Positions 21,136-31,137 of a DNA stretch of 64,000 nucleotides are shown one piece after another. This stretch comes from Candidatus Heimdallarchaeota archaeon. Lineage in GTDB: Archaea > Asgardarchaeota > Heimdallarchaeia > JABLTI01. The position numbers and the translations under genes are program-made. Within the stretch, counting starts at the first letter, position 1. Every line of letters starts with the position of its first letter. Below the pieces are notes generated by a model. It was not told where the DNA came from. It saw only the letters and a program-made list of their open reading frames with translations, and did not search any database. Location of the stretch: assembly GCA_019058275.1 (NCBI GenBank), contig JAHLVW010000015.1, positions 32,001 to 96,000 of the forward strand. The letters run 5' to 3'.

Positions 21136-21204
21136 TATTACTCACAAAAGTAAATTGTAAACTCTTTATTAAGTTAATATAATAATTTGTATTAAAAAAC
21201 AGTA

Positions 21205-21876
21205 CTATGTCTTTTTAGCAAGTATAACATCTACCGGTAGACCCCACATATTCATCTCTTTAATATCCATGATTACAAAATTCGCGTTTTTCAGATGGTC
21301 TCTTATGTAGATCGGTCGACAATCAGTTAGATTTGGATATTTCCTGTGAAACCATTCGTATATTTTTACTATATAATTCGTTTTTCTCTTTGATAGTGTA
21401 ACTACACAAATAAGACCTTTATTTTGCAAAACTCGAGAGGATTCACTTAGCACTACTGGGATTTCTTCTAAATTAAACAATTCAATTGTAAAACTGATTA
21501 AAATTTTATCGAATGCACTTCTCTTATAAGGCAATGATGAAGCATCACCACATAAGATATGAATTGGTTGTCCTACTTTCTTTCTTTTGATTTTTCGACG
21601 AGTTTTTTCTATCATGCCATCTGAGATATCAATGCCATTAACAGAACCATCGAAACCAACTTTTTTTGCTATTGAAATGATTGAGTCACCTGTTCCAAAA
21701 CCAATTTCCAGAATGGATTCCCCTAATTTTGAATCTAGTAACTTTAGACCAATTTTTTTGTAACACTTTTCAAAAATACTAAATGCATCATACCATTTAC
21801 TCATTCGATTGTAGCTTTCTTTAGTAACTTTTTTTGATAGGAGGAGTTCTTGCTGGTTTTCTTGTTGTTTTGCCAT
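21205..21876 (-). CDS. Class I SAM-dependent methyltransferase (UbiE-like)
   Basis: ILEIGFGTG, GIDISDGM, GDASSLPY. Confidence 0.88.
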   Translation of the reverse strand: MAKQQENQQELLLSKKVTKESYNRMSKWYDAFSIFEKCYKKIGLKLLDSKLGESILEIGFGTGDSIISIAKKVGFDGSVNGIDISDGMIEKTRRKIKRKKVGQPIHILCGDASSLPYKRSAFDKILISFTIELFNLEEIPVVLSESSRVLQNKGLICVVTLSKRKTNYIVKIYEWFHRKYPNLTDCRPIYIRDHLKNANFVIMDIKEMNMWGLPVDVILAKKT

Positions 21877-22007
21877 TTAAATTACCTTAGGTATATGATA
21901 TTCTATCTTGTATTAGTTTCTTAATTTTATACATTTAAAGATAATCCCAAAATAAAGAGGTAAGATTAATTATGTACTTGAGGATTGATTATTAGAGTGA
22001 AAAAGAA

Positions 22008-22382
22008 ATGTTTGAAACAATATCAACAATATTAATAATTTTAGCTTCAACCATCCTTCAACAAACACACATTATTTCATTTGCTTTCTGCCCATTAATT
22101 TTTGGTGGAACAGCAATTTTCGCTATTGTTAAGTGGATAAAATTAGAACCGGGTAGGAAGCGTGAAATGATTTGGTCAATTTTGATTATAATACTTGCAG
22201 TTCTTGTGTTAGTATTTGTAGGATTGAACACTTTTCTTTGGCTTAATGACTACTTGTTATTCTACCTTTTTATGGTACTAAGATTTTCATTGCTAGTTCT
22301 ATTGGCAATTTTAATGAATCCATATATTAAGTGGGCTCCACTAAAATCGGTATTTATTACCAAGACAGAAATAGCAAAGTGA
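22008..22382 (+). CDS. Small membrane protein
   Basis: 3-4 hydrophobic segments. Confidence 0.65.
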   Translation: MFETISTILIILASTILQQTHIISFAFCPLIFGGTAIFAIVKWIKLEPGRKREMIWSILIIILAVLVLVFVGLNTFLWLNDYLLFYLFMVLRFSLLVLLAILMNPYIKWAPLKSVFITKTEIAK

Positions 22383-22445
22383 TTTTTTACACTTTTTTTC
22401 TGTTTTATTAAAAATACTAATTAACCCAAAAGGTTTGAAAAAGGC

Positions 22446-22832
22446 ATGAAAGCATTCAGCTCAACTATAACATTTCTTCAAACAAATGATTTAAAGAATA
22501 CATCTGATTTTTATGAACAAAATTTACAATGTAAACTTATTTTAGATCAAGGACAATGCCGGATATTTGAGACATCAAAAAATGCCTATATTGGCTTTTG
22601 CTCACATGACTTTCTTGAAAAGAATCAGAACACAGTTTGTTTAACATTTGTTTGTAATTCAAAAGAAGAAGTTGACATTTGGTATGAAAAGTTAAAAGAA
22701 AAGAAAGTTCCGATAAAAGCTTGTCCAGCTGAAAATCAGAAATTTAAGATTTACAATTTCTTCGCAACTGATCCAAATGGTATAAGCATTGAAGTTCAAT
22801 ATTTTTTACATAAATTTCCACCTGATGAATGA
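22446..22832 (+). CDS. VOC/glyoxalase family protein
   Basis: DL..TSDFY..L, VD.WY..L, FF.DPNG..IEV. Confidence 0.88.
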   Translation: MKAFSSTITFLQTNDLKNTSDFYEQNLQCKLILDQGQCRIFETSKNAYIGFCSHDFLEKNQNTVCLTFVCNSKEEVDIWYEKLKEKKVPIKACPAENQKFKIYNFFATDPNGISIEVQYFLHKFPPDE

Positions 22833-22862
22833 AAAAAACAACTCAAAGTTAGAGGAAACATA

Positions 22863-24203
22863 ATGGAAAACATAGAGATATCTTCTGAAAATAATAATAA
22901 TTCAGAAAAGCAAAAAGCTTGGAAGAATTTTCTCAAGATGTATCTAGTGTTAGCCATTCTATTTCTAATTATGTTTGCAATGAGATCGACAGTTACAATA
23001 TTGCAAGTCTATGTTCCTGATATTAGTGCAACTTTTGCTATGACGGAGGGAAGAATAGCTATTATTTTTACAATTTATAATTTAACTGCAGCACTATTTT
23101 CTCTATTTGTAGGTCCTATTACAGAACGGGTTGGTTATAAAGTCATAATGTATACTGGCATGTTTACTTATGCTATTGCTATAGGTTTATCCGCTTTAGC
23201 TGTACAATTTTGGATGTTAGCACTAGCTCAATCAATTGGTGGTATTGGTGCTTCATTTTTTGGACCAGCAACCATTGCTTATGCAGGGGATTATTTTCCA
23301 AAAGAAAAAATTTCTACAGCTATTGGTCTTATTATGTCCTCATTTTATGTAGCAACAATTGTTGCTGTTCCCATTAACACTTACATTGCAGAGCTATTAA
23401 ATTGGCAGTGGGCTGTGGGTGTAATGGCAATCTTGAGCTTGCTTGTTTTCATTCTTATCATTATGATAGTCCCAAGAATTAAAGAGAAAAAGATTGAATC
23501 AACAGAAAGTAAAACAGATGAAAATGAACAAGTAGAGATTAAAGAAGAGAATAATTTGAATTATTTTGTTAGAATGAAGCTTGTTTTACAAAATAAATAT
23601 GCAGTAGGTACTTTCTTCATTACACTATTTCAAAGGGGAGGTTTGTTTGCTATGACAACATTACTATCAACTTGGCTGGCTAGGGATGGTTTTTGGAACG
23701 GACACTTCTTAGGATTAGACAAAAGTCAAACTGGGCTTGTTCTTATGGGTACAGGAATTGCAGCTTTGATTAGTAATACTATATTTAGCTGGGCTGCAGA
23801 CAGAATTGGTAAGCGAACAATTATCTTAATGGGTACTGGTTTAACAGGTATAGCAATAACTGTCTTTCCAGTATTAGCTGAAGTATATCACAATTTGAAT
23901 ATAGCGATAATTGGTTTTATCGTTGTGAATTTCTTTGGTGGAATTTCAATGGGTAGTTATAATGCATTTGTAACTGAAGTTGCACCAAAATCAAAAGGAA
24001 CATCAGTAGCAATAAACAATGCTTTTGGACAAATTGGTCTAGCTATTGCTGTTGCTTTAATCGCAAGACTAGTTTGGGATAAAACATTGAATTACGCTTA
24101 TTGTGCTTTTGTAGCTCTTGGATTCTACATTATAACAACAATTCTAATGTTTGTGATAGTTAGACCAAAAAAGATACAGGAAAATGCTTCAAAAGCAAAT
24201 TGA
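22863..24203 (+). CDS. MFS transporter
   Basis: About 12 TM segments; motif A variants GPITERVGYK and WAADRIGKR. Confidence 0.92.
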   Translation: MENIEISSENNNNSEKQKAWKNFLKMYLVLAILFLIMFAMRSTVTILQVYVPDISATFAMTEGRIAIIFTIYNLTAALFSLFVGPITERVGYKVIMYTGMFTYAIAIGLSALAVQFWMLALAQSIGGIGASFFGPATIAYAGDYFPKEKISTAIGLIMSSFYVATIVAVPINTYIAELLNWQWAVGVMAILSLLVFILIIMIVPRIKEKKIESTESKTDENEQVEIKEENNLNYFVRMKLVLQNKYAVGTFFITLFQRGGLFAMTTLLSTWLARDGFWNGHFLGLDKSQTGLVLMGTGIAALISNTIFSWAADRIGKRTIILMGTGLTGIAITVFPVLAEVYHNLNIAIIGFIVVNFFGGISMGSYNAFVTEVAPKSKGTSVAINNAFGQIGLAIAVALIARLVWDKTLNYAYCAFVALGFYIITTILMFVIVRPKKIQENASKAN

Positions 24204-24259
24204 TTTAATTACAAAAAAATGTTACTCAAAACACAAAGTTATTTGATATGTAATATTTA

Positions 24260-25057
24260 GTGTTTGTAGTAAAATATCATAATCGAGGTGGAAAATTGCA
24301 GATTAAAGGCAAAGAAATCCATGAATTAAAAGTAATTCAAGAATTGACTGTTTCCTTTAGAAGTGCTAATTCATTTGATGATATATACAATGGTTGTAAG
24401 ATTGTTTTCGAAAAATACTTGCCCTACGATTCTATTATAATTTTTATTTTTGATTTCCTAGAAAATTTACAAGTAAAAACTAAAGTAGGACTAGAAATTT
24501 CTATTGATGAGAGCGATTCAAATCCTAAGAAGAATGATTTACTGAAAAGTCTCTTTAATGACAAAACCATGAGAAGTTTTCATAATTGGAAGGGAGAGAT
24601 GGAACTTCAGAAGATATTCTTCAAATCCCCTCAGATAATGTCCGTTTCGATTATTCCATTGATTTCAAAAAATCGTATTTTGGGATTCATTACTATTGGA
24701 AATTCAGCTAAATATGAATTTAGTGAAGAAGAAAATAGAATATTACAAATTCTGAGCCAGATGATAAGTTACTATGTGGAGAATTTACTTTTTCAAGAAG
24801 ACCTACTCAAACAAAATGAAGTGTTAAAAGGTATTACCAAGCAAATGAGACATGATTTTGCCAATGATATTCAATCAATGGCAATGGCAATAGAACTACT
24901 AACAACAACAGAGTTATCTGAAGAGCAAGAAAAATTCACTAGAATTCTAAATAATTCCAAAAATGCAGCCATAGAGAAATTACAAGAACTGAAAAGGTTG
25001 AAAAATAAATTCGAAAAAAAAGTAGAATTATCATTAGGTTTAACTATTGACAAATAA
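24260..25057 (+). CDS. GAF domain + HisKA-like helices (no ATPase domain)
   Basis: SVSIIPLISKNRILGFITI...FSEEENRILQILS is GAF-like; RHDFAN is an H-box. Confidence 0.75.
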   Translation: MFVVKYHNRGGKLQIKGKEIHELKVIQELTVSFRSANSFDDIYNGCKIVFEKYLPYDSIIIFIFDFLENLQVKTKVGLEISIDESDSNPKKNDLLKSLFNDKTMRSFHNWKGEMELQKIFFKSPQIMSVSIIPLISKNRILGFITIGNSAKYEFSEEENRILQILSQMISYYVENLLFQEDLLKQNEVLKGITKQMRHDFANDIQSMAMAIELLTTTELSEEQEKFTRILNNSKNAAIEKLQELKRLKNKFEKKVELSLGLTIDK

Positions 25058-25212
25058 AAGTAGTTCTATGGAACTCATCAATTAGAAACTAAAGAAAGCT
25101 TTTTTTAAGAATTCTAGATGTAAAAGTTCTAACTCTCACTGTATATAATAAGTTATAAACTTAATTAACAAATATCTCGGGAGCAAGCAAAAACTACAAT
25201 GAGGTCACTTAT

Positions 25213-26472
25213 ATGAGTCAAGAAAGAATCGATAGTGGTACAATCATATTGGATCAAAATGGAGCAGAAATTGGTGTTATTAAGAAGATCTATTCTGAAA
25301 ATTTGGCAAGGTTAGAGCTATTAAATTCAGATTCAATCGCTATAGATACAACACTTATAACTGATATTAGTACCTCTGGCAGAATATTAAAGAAAAAGAG
25401 CGCAACTATCACACCAGAAGCTAAGGATTTCTTTAAAGGAGCAACTGATATATTAAATGACATTTCTTTCAAAAGTATTGAATTGATTATTCATCATTTA
25501 GCAGCAAAAGAAGTAAAAAGAGCGCTTCAACACTTCGAATTTGATTTACTAACTAAAACAGAAATAAATGAAACATTACCCATGTATGAAGCATTAGGAT
25601 TGGTAAGAGGAATTGAGCTTGCAGGAAAAACTGCCCAAGATTTCATAGTAAAAACCACTTTTCAAGCAAGCGATTTGAAACCGGAACTACATAATAAAAT
25701 TGCACCTGAAATTGTTGTAGACAAGTTAAACCAAGAAAAAGCTTTTCTTCGAATATTATGGAATATCACAAGAATTGCTGTCTCCCAAGCATTGAAATTA
25801 AAGAAACCTGAAGTAATAATGGCAAATATTGAAACTATTTTTGAGATAGGTATAAAGCATATTGAGATAGAAGCTAAGACGATTGCACCTTCAGATGACA
25901 TACTTTATTGGCGAAATCGAATAGATGAGTGCATTCTTACTTATGTTGCATTAATGATAAAAACATTAAACCCTTCATTACATGCTGAATTTGTTTCTAG
26001 TGCCAAAGATAAAATGTTTGAAGATTTGTGTAAAATCAAAATCAATGGTAATATAAAGGAGCAAGCATTGAAAGCTATCGAGTCCTTCAATCTAGATAAC
26101 TATGAGAAGCTAAAAACTATTGAAATGATACACTCTGGAATCAAAGGTTTTAATTTGAAAGTAATGTCTGAAAAGAAGGCAATGAAAGAATTAAGTCAAT
26201 TAATTAATGAGTTTATTGCAAGTGAAAAATCTAAAAGCATTATTAATTTACAAAAAGAAATTAACAAATTTACCCAAGAAACTAGAGATGTTTCCAAGGA
26301 TTTTCTCAACATTCTGTTTGAGATAGGTCAATATCTCAAAAAAATAGAGTACGGCGATAGTAAGATTAATGAATTCTATTCTCAACTTTTGGAAAGAATA
26401 CACAAGAGAAAGTACTATGATTTGGTTGATATACTTGATAACTTAAACCAAGTCTACCTCAAAGAAAATTAA
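25213..26472 (+). CDS. Hypothetical protein with an N-terminal PRC-barrel-like segment and helical body
   Basis: GTIILDQNGAEIGVIKKI resembles a PRC-barrel start; long ORF with SD-like GAGGT. Confidence 0.65.
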   Translation: MSQERIDSGTIILDQNGAEIGVIKKIYSENLARLELLNSDSIAIDTTLITDISTSGRILKKKSATITPEAKDFFKGATDILNDISFKSIELIIHHLAAKEVKRALQHFEFDLLTKTEINETLPMYEALGLVRGIELAGKTAQDFIVKTTFQASDLKPELHNKIAPEIVVDKLNQEKAFLRILWNITRIAVSQALKLKKPEVIMANIETIFEIGIKHIEIEAKTIAPSDDILYWRNRIDECILTYVALMIKTLNPSLHAEFVSSAKDKMFEDLCKIKINGNIKEQALKAIESFNLDNYEKLKTIEMIHSGIKGFNLKVMSEKKAMKELSQLINEFIASEKSKSIINLQKEINKFTQETRDVSKDFLNILFEIGQYLKKIEYGDSKINEFYSQLLERIHKRKYYDLVDILDNLNQVYLKEN

Positions 26473-26520
26473 TTGAAGATTAAACTCAAATCTAATCCTC
26501 AATTGAAATTTATTTTTATT

Positions 26521-27426
26521 TCATTCATCTGCATCTTCTAGTTGTCTTCCTCCACTACTTTTTAACCAAATCTTATAACCAAGACCAGTTTTTGTGGTTG
26601 CTAAGCCACCTTCAGATGTTTCTTTAATTTCACATGGTAACATCTGACCTATTTCATCCATTGCTGAAACAACATCATCAAAAGGAATAACGCTTTCTAT
26701 TCCACTTAAAGCCATATCTGCTACAACCATTGCCACAGCAGCAAATAGGCCATTTCTTTTTACGCAAGGAACTTCTACTAATCCTGCTACTGGATCACAT
26801 GCTAAACCTAACGTATTTTTTAATACTAAAGCCGCTGCGTTGATAGCTTCTTTAGCTGTACCTCCAGCAATTTCTACTGCTGCAGCAGCAGCCATTGCAG
26901 CCGAAACACCAATTTCAGCTTGACAACCATGTTCTGAACCACTTGTTGATGCTCGAGCATCACAAACTAGTCCAATTAACGAAGAAGCAAACAGTCCTTT
27001 TATTATCTGTTCTTCAGTAGCTTTACAAATTTCTGCTGTAGTATAAACAACAGCTGGTACCACACCAGAGGATCCAGCTGTAGGTGATGCAACAATAATC
27101 CCCATAGAAGAATTAAATTCTGCAACACCAATTGCTCTAGAAGTTACTTTCAAAATTGATGAACCAGAAAGAGTTTTTCCTTTCTTTTCCTTATCCAAGA
27201 GTTTCTTTGCATTTCCACCACTCATTCCACTAGGTGATTTTTGTGTTATCTTTACTCCTTGTTTTATTGAATTCACCATAACAGCCCATATTCGTTTCAT
27301 TGCTGAAATCACTTTTTCTTCGCTAACCTTTTGAATAGTGACTTCGTGTTCAATCATTATTTCACCCAGGGATTTTCCCTCATTTTCTGCTTGTAGAAGA
27401 AAGGGTTCGATACTATCAACGACCAT
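26521..27426 (-). CDS. sdaAA: Fe-S L-serine dehydratase alpha subunit
   Basis: PTAGSSG, GCQAEIG, GLACDPVAGLVEVPCVKRN, ETSEGGLA. Confidence 0.94.
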   Translation of the reverse strand: MVVDSIEPFLLQAENEGKSLGEIMIEHEVTIQKVSEEKVISAMKRIWAVMVNSIKQGVKITQKSPSGMSGGNAKKLLDKEKKGKTLSGSSILKVTSRAIGVAEFNSSMGIIVASPTAGSSGVVPAVVYTTAEICKATEEQIIKGLFASSLIGLVCDARASTSGSEHGCQAEIGVSAAMAAAAAVEIAGGTAKEAINAAALVLKNTLGLACDPVAGLVEVPCVKRNGLFAAVAMVVADMALSGIESVIPFDDVVSAMDEIGQMLPCEIKETSEGGLATTKTGLGYKIWLKSSGGRQLEDADE

Positions 27427-28118
27427 TAGAACATTTCCTCTCCTTCAGTAATCTTTGGTAAGATTCTAACCATTTTCATACCTCTAATTTTAGACAGTCT
27501 TTCTTCCAATTCATTTGGTGCTTTTTGTTCTATCTCGATTGTTGTTAATGCTTCTTCATCGTTTGGTATGTCTTTACTTTTTAAAGAAACAATATTTAGA
27601 TTAAACTTGGAAATTATGTTTGTTATTTTTGAAAGAGTTCCTATGAAATCCATGTGTCTTAAAATCAATGTTACCCTTCCACCAGAAATTTCTGTCTTGA
27701 ATCCCATAATTTCTCGTATGACAATATCACCACCACCAACCGATTCAGCTATCAAAGATACAGAATCATTTTTCTCACCTTCAATAACAATTTTAATGCT
27801 GTTAGGATGGTAAGCTCTTCCTAAATTTATCTTTTTAAAACTAACAACCATTTCTGCAGCTTCAGCATGCTTATCAGCTTCTTTTATGCGCTCATCAAAT
27901 GTCTTGTAGCCAAGCAAACCACCTATAACTGCCTTATCGCTACCGTGACCACGCCAGGTGTCAGCAAACGAACCATGGAAATAAACATGCACAATTTTAG
28001 GCTGTTTGCCATACAATAATCGGGCAGTCCGTCCTATTCTTACAGCTCCTGCGGTATGAGAGCTTGATGGACCTGTCATTATTGGTCCTAACAATCTAAA
28101 TGCACTATCTTCTGTCAA
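27426..28118 (-). CDS. sdaAB: Fe-S L-serine dehydratase beta subunit with ACT domain
   Basis: GPIMTGPSSSHTAGA, GHGSDKA, HPNS, SVGGG. Confidence 0.94.
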   Translation of the reverse strand: MTEDSAFRLLGPIMTGPSSSHTAGAVRIGRTARLLYGKQPKIVHVYFHGSFADTWRGHGSDKAVIGGLLGYKTFDERIKEADKHAEAAEMVVSFKKINLGRAYHPNSIKIVIEGEKNDSVSLIAESVGGGDIVIREIMGFKTEISGGRVTLILRHMDFIGTLSKITNIISKFNLNIVSLKSKDIPNDEEALTTIEIEQKAPNELEERLSKIRGMKMVRILPKITEGEEMF

Positions 28119-28209
28119 TTGCTTTATCCATCCACTATAAGATAATTTACTACTATTGTTTTAACACAACTGCTATTAAAAAATTGGTGCGTTAATACAA
28201 ATCAAGCTA

Positions 28210-29559
28210 TCATTCTCCACCAGCAATTTGTGTTTCTTTAATTCTAATTGATGGTGATAATGATCCTGATTCGTTTAATAGTTCCTTTGATACAGCATCG
28301 ATGTTTTTCAATAAATCAAAAATATTTGATCCTACCATTGTTTCTTTCAAGGGATGAGAAATTTCTCCTTTTTCAATCATAAATCCTTGATCAATTAAAA
28401 CTGAGATGTTTGGAGAACCAGATGATGGTTCTAAAGAACTATCCTTTAGATAAAGACCTCTCTTTGTTTCAGTAATCATTTCATCGATTGACCAATCACC
28501 AGCAGCGATTTGAATCTGTGTTAAATCAGGATGTGGCTTACTACTTAAACTACCCTTAGATGCATTTCCGGTATTTTTTATCCCTAAAACATTCGCGCAA
28601 TAAGAATTAGAGAAGTAAGCTATCGCAACACCTTTCTCAATTAACATTAGTTCTCTATGAGGAACGCCTTCGTCATCAAAAATGGATGAGCCCACTCCAC
28701 CAACATAAAGAGGATTATCTTTTAGAGTGATTTGCTCAGAAGTTATTTGCTCTCCTAAACGATCCTTAAAGTAAGCTGTTCCAAGAATGACTTCGTAAGC
28801 ATCTAATCCAGCACTTACTATAGAAGATAAAGTATCAAGCGTGCTTCTATTATCAAGAATTATAGGAAGTCTGTCGCTTTTGATTTTTTTAGAACCTAAC
28901 AATGAAACTGCATTTTCGGCTGCAACTTGTCCGATTTTTGAGGGATTAAATTCAGATCCTTTTCTTGTTTTTTGATAATCCCAAGATGTAGCAATATCTC
29001 CATTTCGTTCTGCTTTTACAAAAACTACTCCAGATAATGAACCAAATTTTTGTGTTACTTCAACGCCTAAGCTATTATAAATTGATTCTATAGCAAAGGA
29101 ACGATTAATATTACCACTTACAATTACATCATGTTTTTCTAATGCAGAATCAATAGCTTCAATTGACATTTCTGTAAGTCTATCTGCTGGTAAATCGTAA
29201 ATTCCATCGTCATATAACTCTTTGACTTCAGGATACTTATCAAAAGGTCCGGGAAGTGTTTTGAAAAGATTATCTGGTGGAGATAATTTACTTAGCTTAA
29301 CAGCTTTCACTACTATATCCTTTATTGAATCAGGATCTCCGAGTGAGGTTGTGGCTATTCCCAAACCCTTTTTGGAATAAGCTCTAACTCCTACTCCTGT
29401 CACACATTTACACTCAGCAGCCTTAATGGCATTTTTTTCCAACTGAACAACATCTGAATTTCCTTCTAAAATAAACAATTCAATTTGATCTGCACCTTTT
29501 TTCAAACCAAGATTTATTGCTTTATGGTAGATGTTGCCCATTATTTTATTGTCCTCCAA
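28210..29559 (-). CDS. pmbA: TldE/PmbA family protein
   Basis: FDDEGVP, TGNA, GFMIEKGE; no HExxxH; paired with TldD. Confidence 0.9.
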   Translation of the reverse strand: MEDNKIMGNIYHKAINLGLKKGADQIELFILEGNSDVVQLEKNAIKAAECKCVTGVGVRAYSKKGLGIATTSLGDPDSIKDIVVKAVKLSKLSPPDNLFKTLPGPFDKYPEVKELYDDGIYDLPADRLTEMSIEAIDSALEKHDVIVSGNINRSFAIESIYNSLGVEVTQKFGSLSGVVFVKAERNGDIATSWDYQKTRKGSEFNPSKIGQVAAENAVSLLGSKKIKSDRLPIILDNRSTLDTLSSIVSAGLDAYEVILGTAYFKDRLGEQITSEQITLKDNPLYVGGVGSSIFDDEGVPHRELMLIEKGVAIAYFSNSYCANVLGIKNTGNASKGSLSSKPHPDLTQIQIAAGDWSIDEMITETKRGLYLKDSSLEPSSGSPNISVLIDQGFMIEKGEISHPLKETMVGSNIFDLLKNIDAVSKELLNESGSLSPSIRIKETQIAGGE

Positions 29560-30946
29560 CTACAATCCGTTTTACTGCCATTGCTGGTCCACCAGCATGT
29601 ACTGGAACCCATTGTGATTGCTTTCCACATGAACCTGGAAAATCAAATTTAACTTCTTTACCGACTGCAACAGTTCTTTGAAGAACTTCGAGACAAAGTC
29701 CACTCATACTAACATTCTGAATAGCTTTATCTAATTCTCCATTCTTAATTAAATAACCACCTTGAGCAGAGAAATAAAATTCACCTTTCGCTGTATCTAC
29801 ATACCCACCATAACTATTTTCTAGGTACACACCATTCTTTATTTCTTCTAGTATTTCCTCAAATGTGTGTTCACCAGCATCAATGTAGGTATTTCCCATT
29901 CTTACAACAGGACGATAATTATAGTTCATTGCTCTTGCTGCACCATTAGGTTCAACACCCATTTTAGAAGCTGTTTCAAGAGAATGAAGATAACCAACTT
30001 GAACACCTTTTTCAACTAATTTTCTTTTCACAGTTTTTGTTCCTTCAGAATCATAACAATAACTACCACGAAGCCCTTTGATAGTAGGATCATCATAGAT
30101 GTTGATTAACTCGCAACCAATTTTCTTGCCCATTTTCCCTTCTAAAATTGAATCTTTGGCAAGAATTGAATCTGCTTCTTCAGCATGACCAAAAGATTCG
30201 TGAACATATACTCCTACTAAAGATGGATCCATAACAATATCCATTTTACCACTTGGTGGTTTTTCAGCTCGTAATAATTCGACAGCTCTTTTAGCCAGCT
30301 GTGTACCATTTTCAGTGACATTTAATTTTTCTATCTCCTCCCATCCATTAGTAGTTCCTTTTGCACAATAGACATTTTGCATGGTGTCCCCTTCTCGAGA
30401 TGTTGCCATGCAAGCTATGTTTAGATTACCATATTCAGTTTCAACTTTAGTTCCTAAGGAATTTGCTATTATTTCCTTTTGCAACCATTCCTTCATGGAT
30501 GCATTAGTTGATACGATTTTTTCTGAATACTCTCGAGTAACTTTCTCGTATTCTTCTACGACTTTATACTTATCATCAATCGAGATATCTTGAGGGGTTA
30601 TTTTGAATTTTGCTTTATATGATCCTTCAACAGAGTAATCGTCTGGCATACTTCCCTTTTCTTTTGTTTTTTTTGCAGTAGCTTTTGCTATCTTAATTGC
30701 TCGATTTAAAGAGACCTTAATCTCATCTAAATTAAAACCTACAATGGAAACGAATCCCCAACCACCATCAATTAATGCTCTTACTCCTGAACCAATTTCC
30801 TTTTCAAAATTAATTTGCTCAGGCCTGCCATTTTGAATAGTTATTAGAGTTCCATAACCTTTTTGTAATCTAATATCAACAAAGTCACCTTGCTTAAGTT
30901 CTGTTGCATCAATTATTTTCTGCAATTTGTCTAACATTGTATTCAC
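29546..30946 (-). CDS. tldD: TldD metalloprotease
   Basis: HESFGHAEEAD, DDPT, YDSEG, RMGNT, CGKQSQ. Confidence 0.93.
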   Translation of the reverse strand: MNTMLDKLQKIIDATELKQGDFVDIRLQKGYGTLITIQNGRPEQINFEKEIGSGVRALIDGGWGFVSIVGFNLDEIKVSLNRAIKIAKATAKKTKEKGSMPDDYSVEGSYKAKFKITPQDISIDDKYKVVEEYEKVTREYSEKIVSTNASMKEWLQKEIIANSLGTKVETEYGNLNIACMATSREGDTMQNVYCAKGTTNGWEEIEKLNVTENGTQLAKRAVELLRAEKPPSGKMDIVMDPSLVGVYVHESFGHAEEADSILAKDSILEGKMGKKIGCELINIYDDPTIKGLRGSYCYDSEGTKTVKRKLVEKGVQVGYLHSLETASKMGVEPNGAARAMNYNYRPVVRMGNTYIDAGEHTFEEILEEIKNGVYLENSYGGYVDTAKGEFYFSAQGGYLIKNGELDKAIQNVSMSGLCLEVLQRTVAVGKEVKFDFPGSCGKQSQWVPVHAGGPAMAVKRIVVGGQ

Positions 30947-31137
30947 TGCTACTACGAAGATTCACGTTTTCACAACGCTAATTGTTGTTTCTGCCATCTA
31001 AAGTTTTTCTATTATGCCGTACTTTTATGACTTTTTTCAGTTCAAGAAAATTTGAACTGGTGATTCAAGTTTTCTTAAAATAAATATTTATATAGTAAAG
31101 TGAACATCTAATTAAACAGACTTAATCGTGAGTTTAT

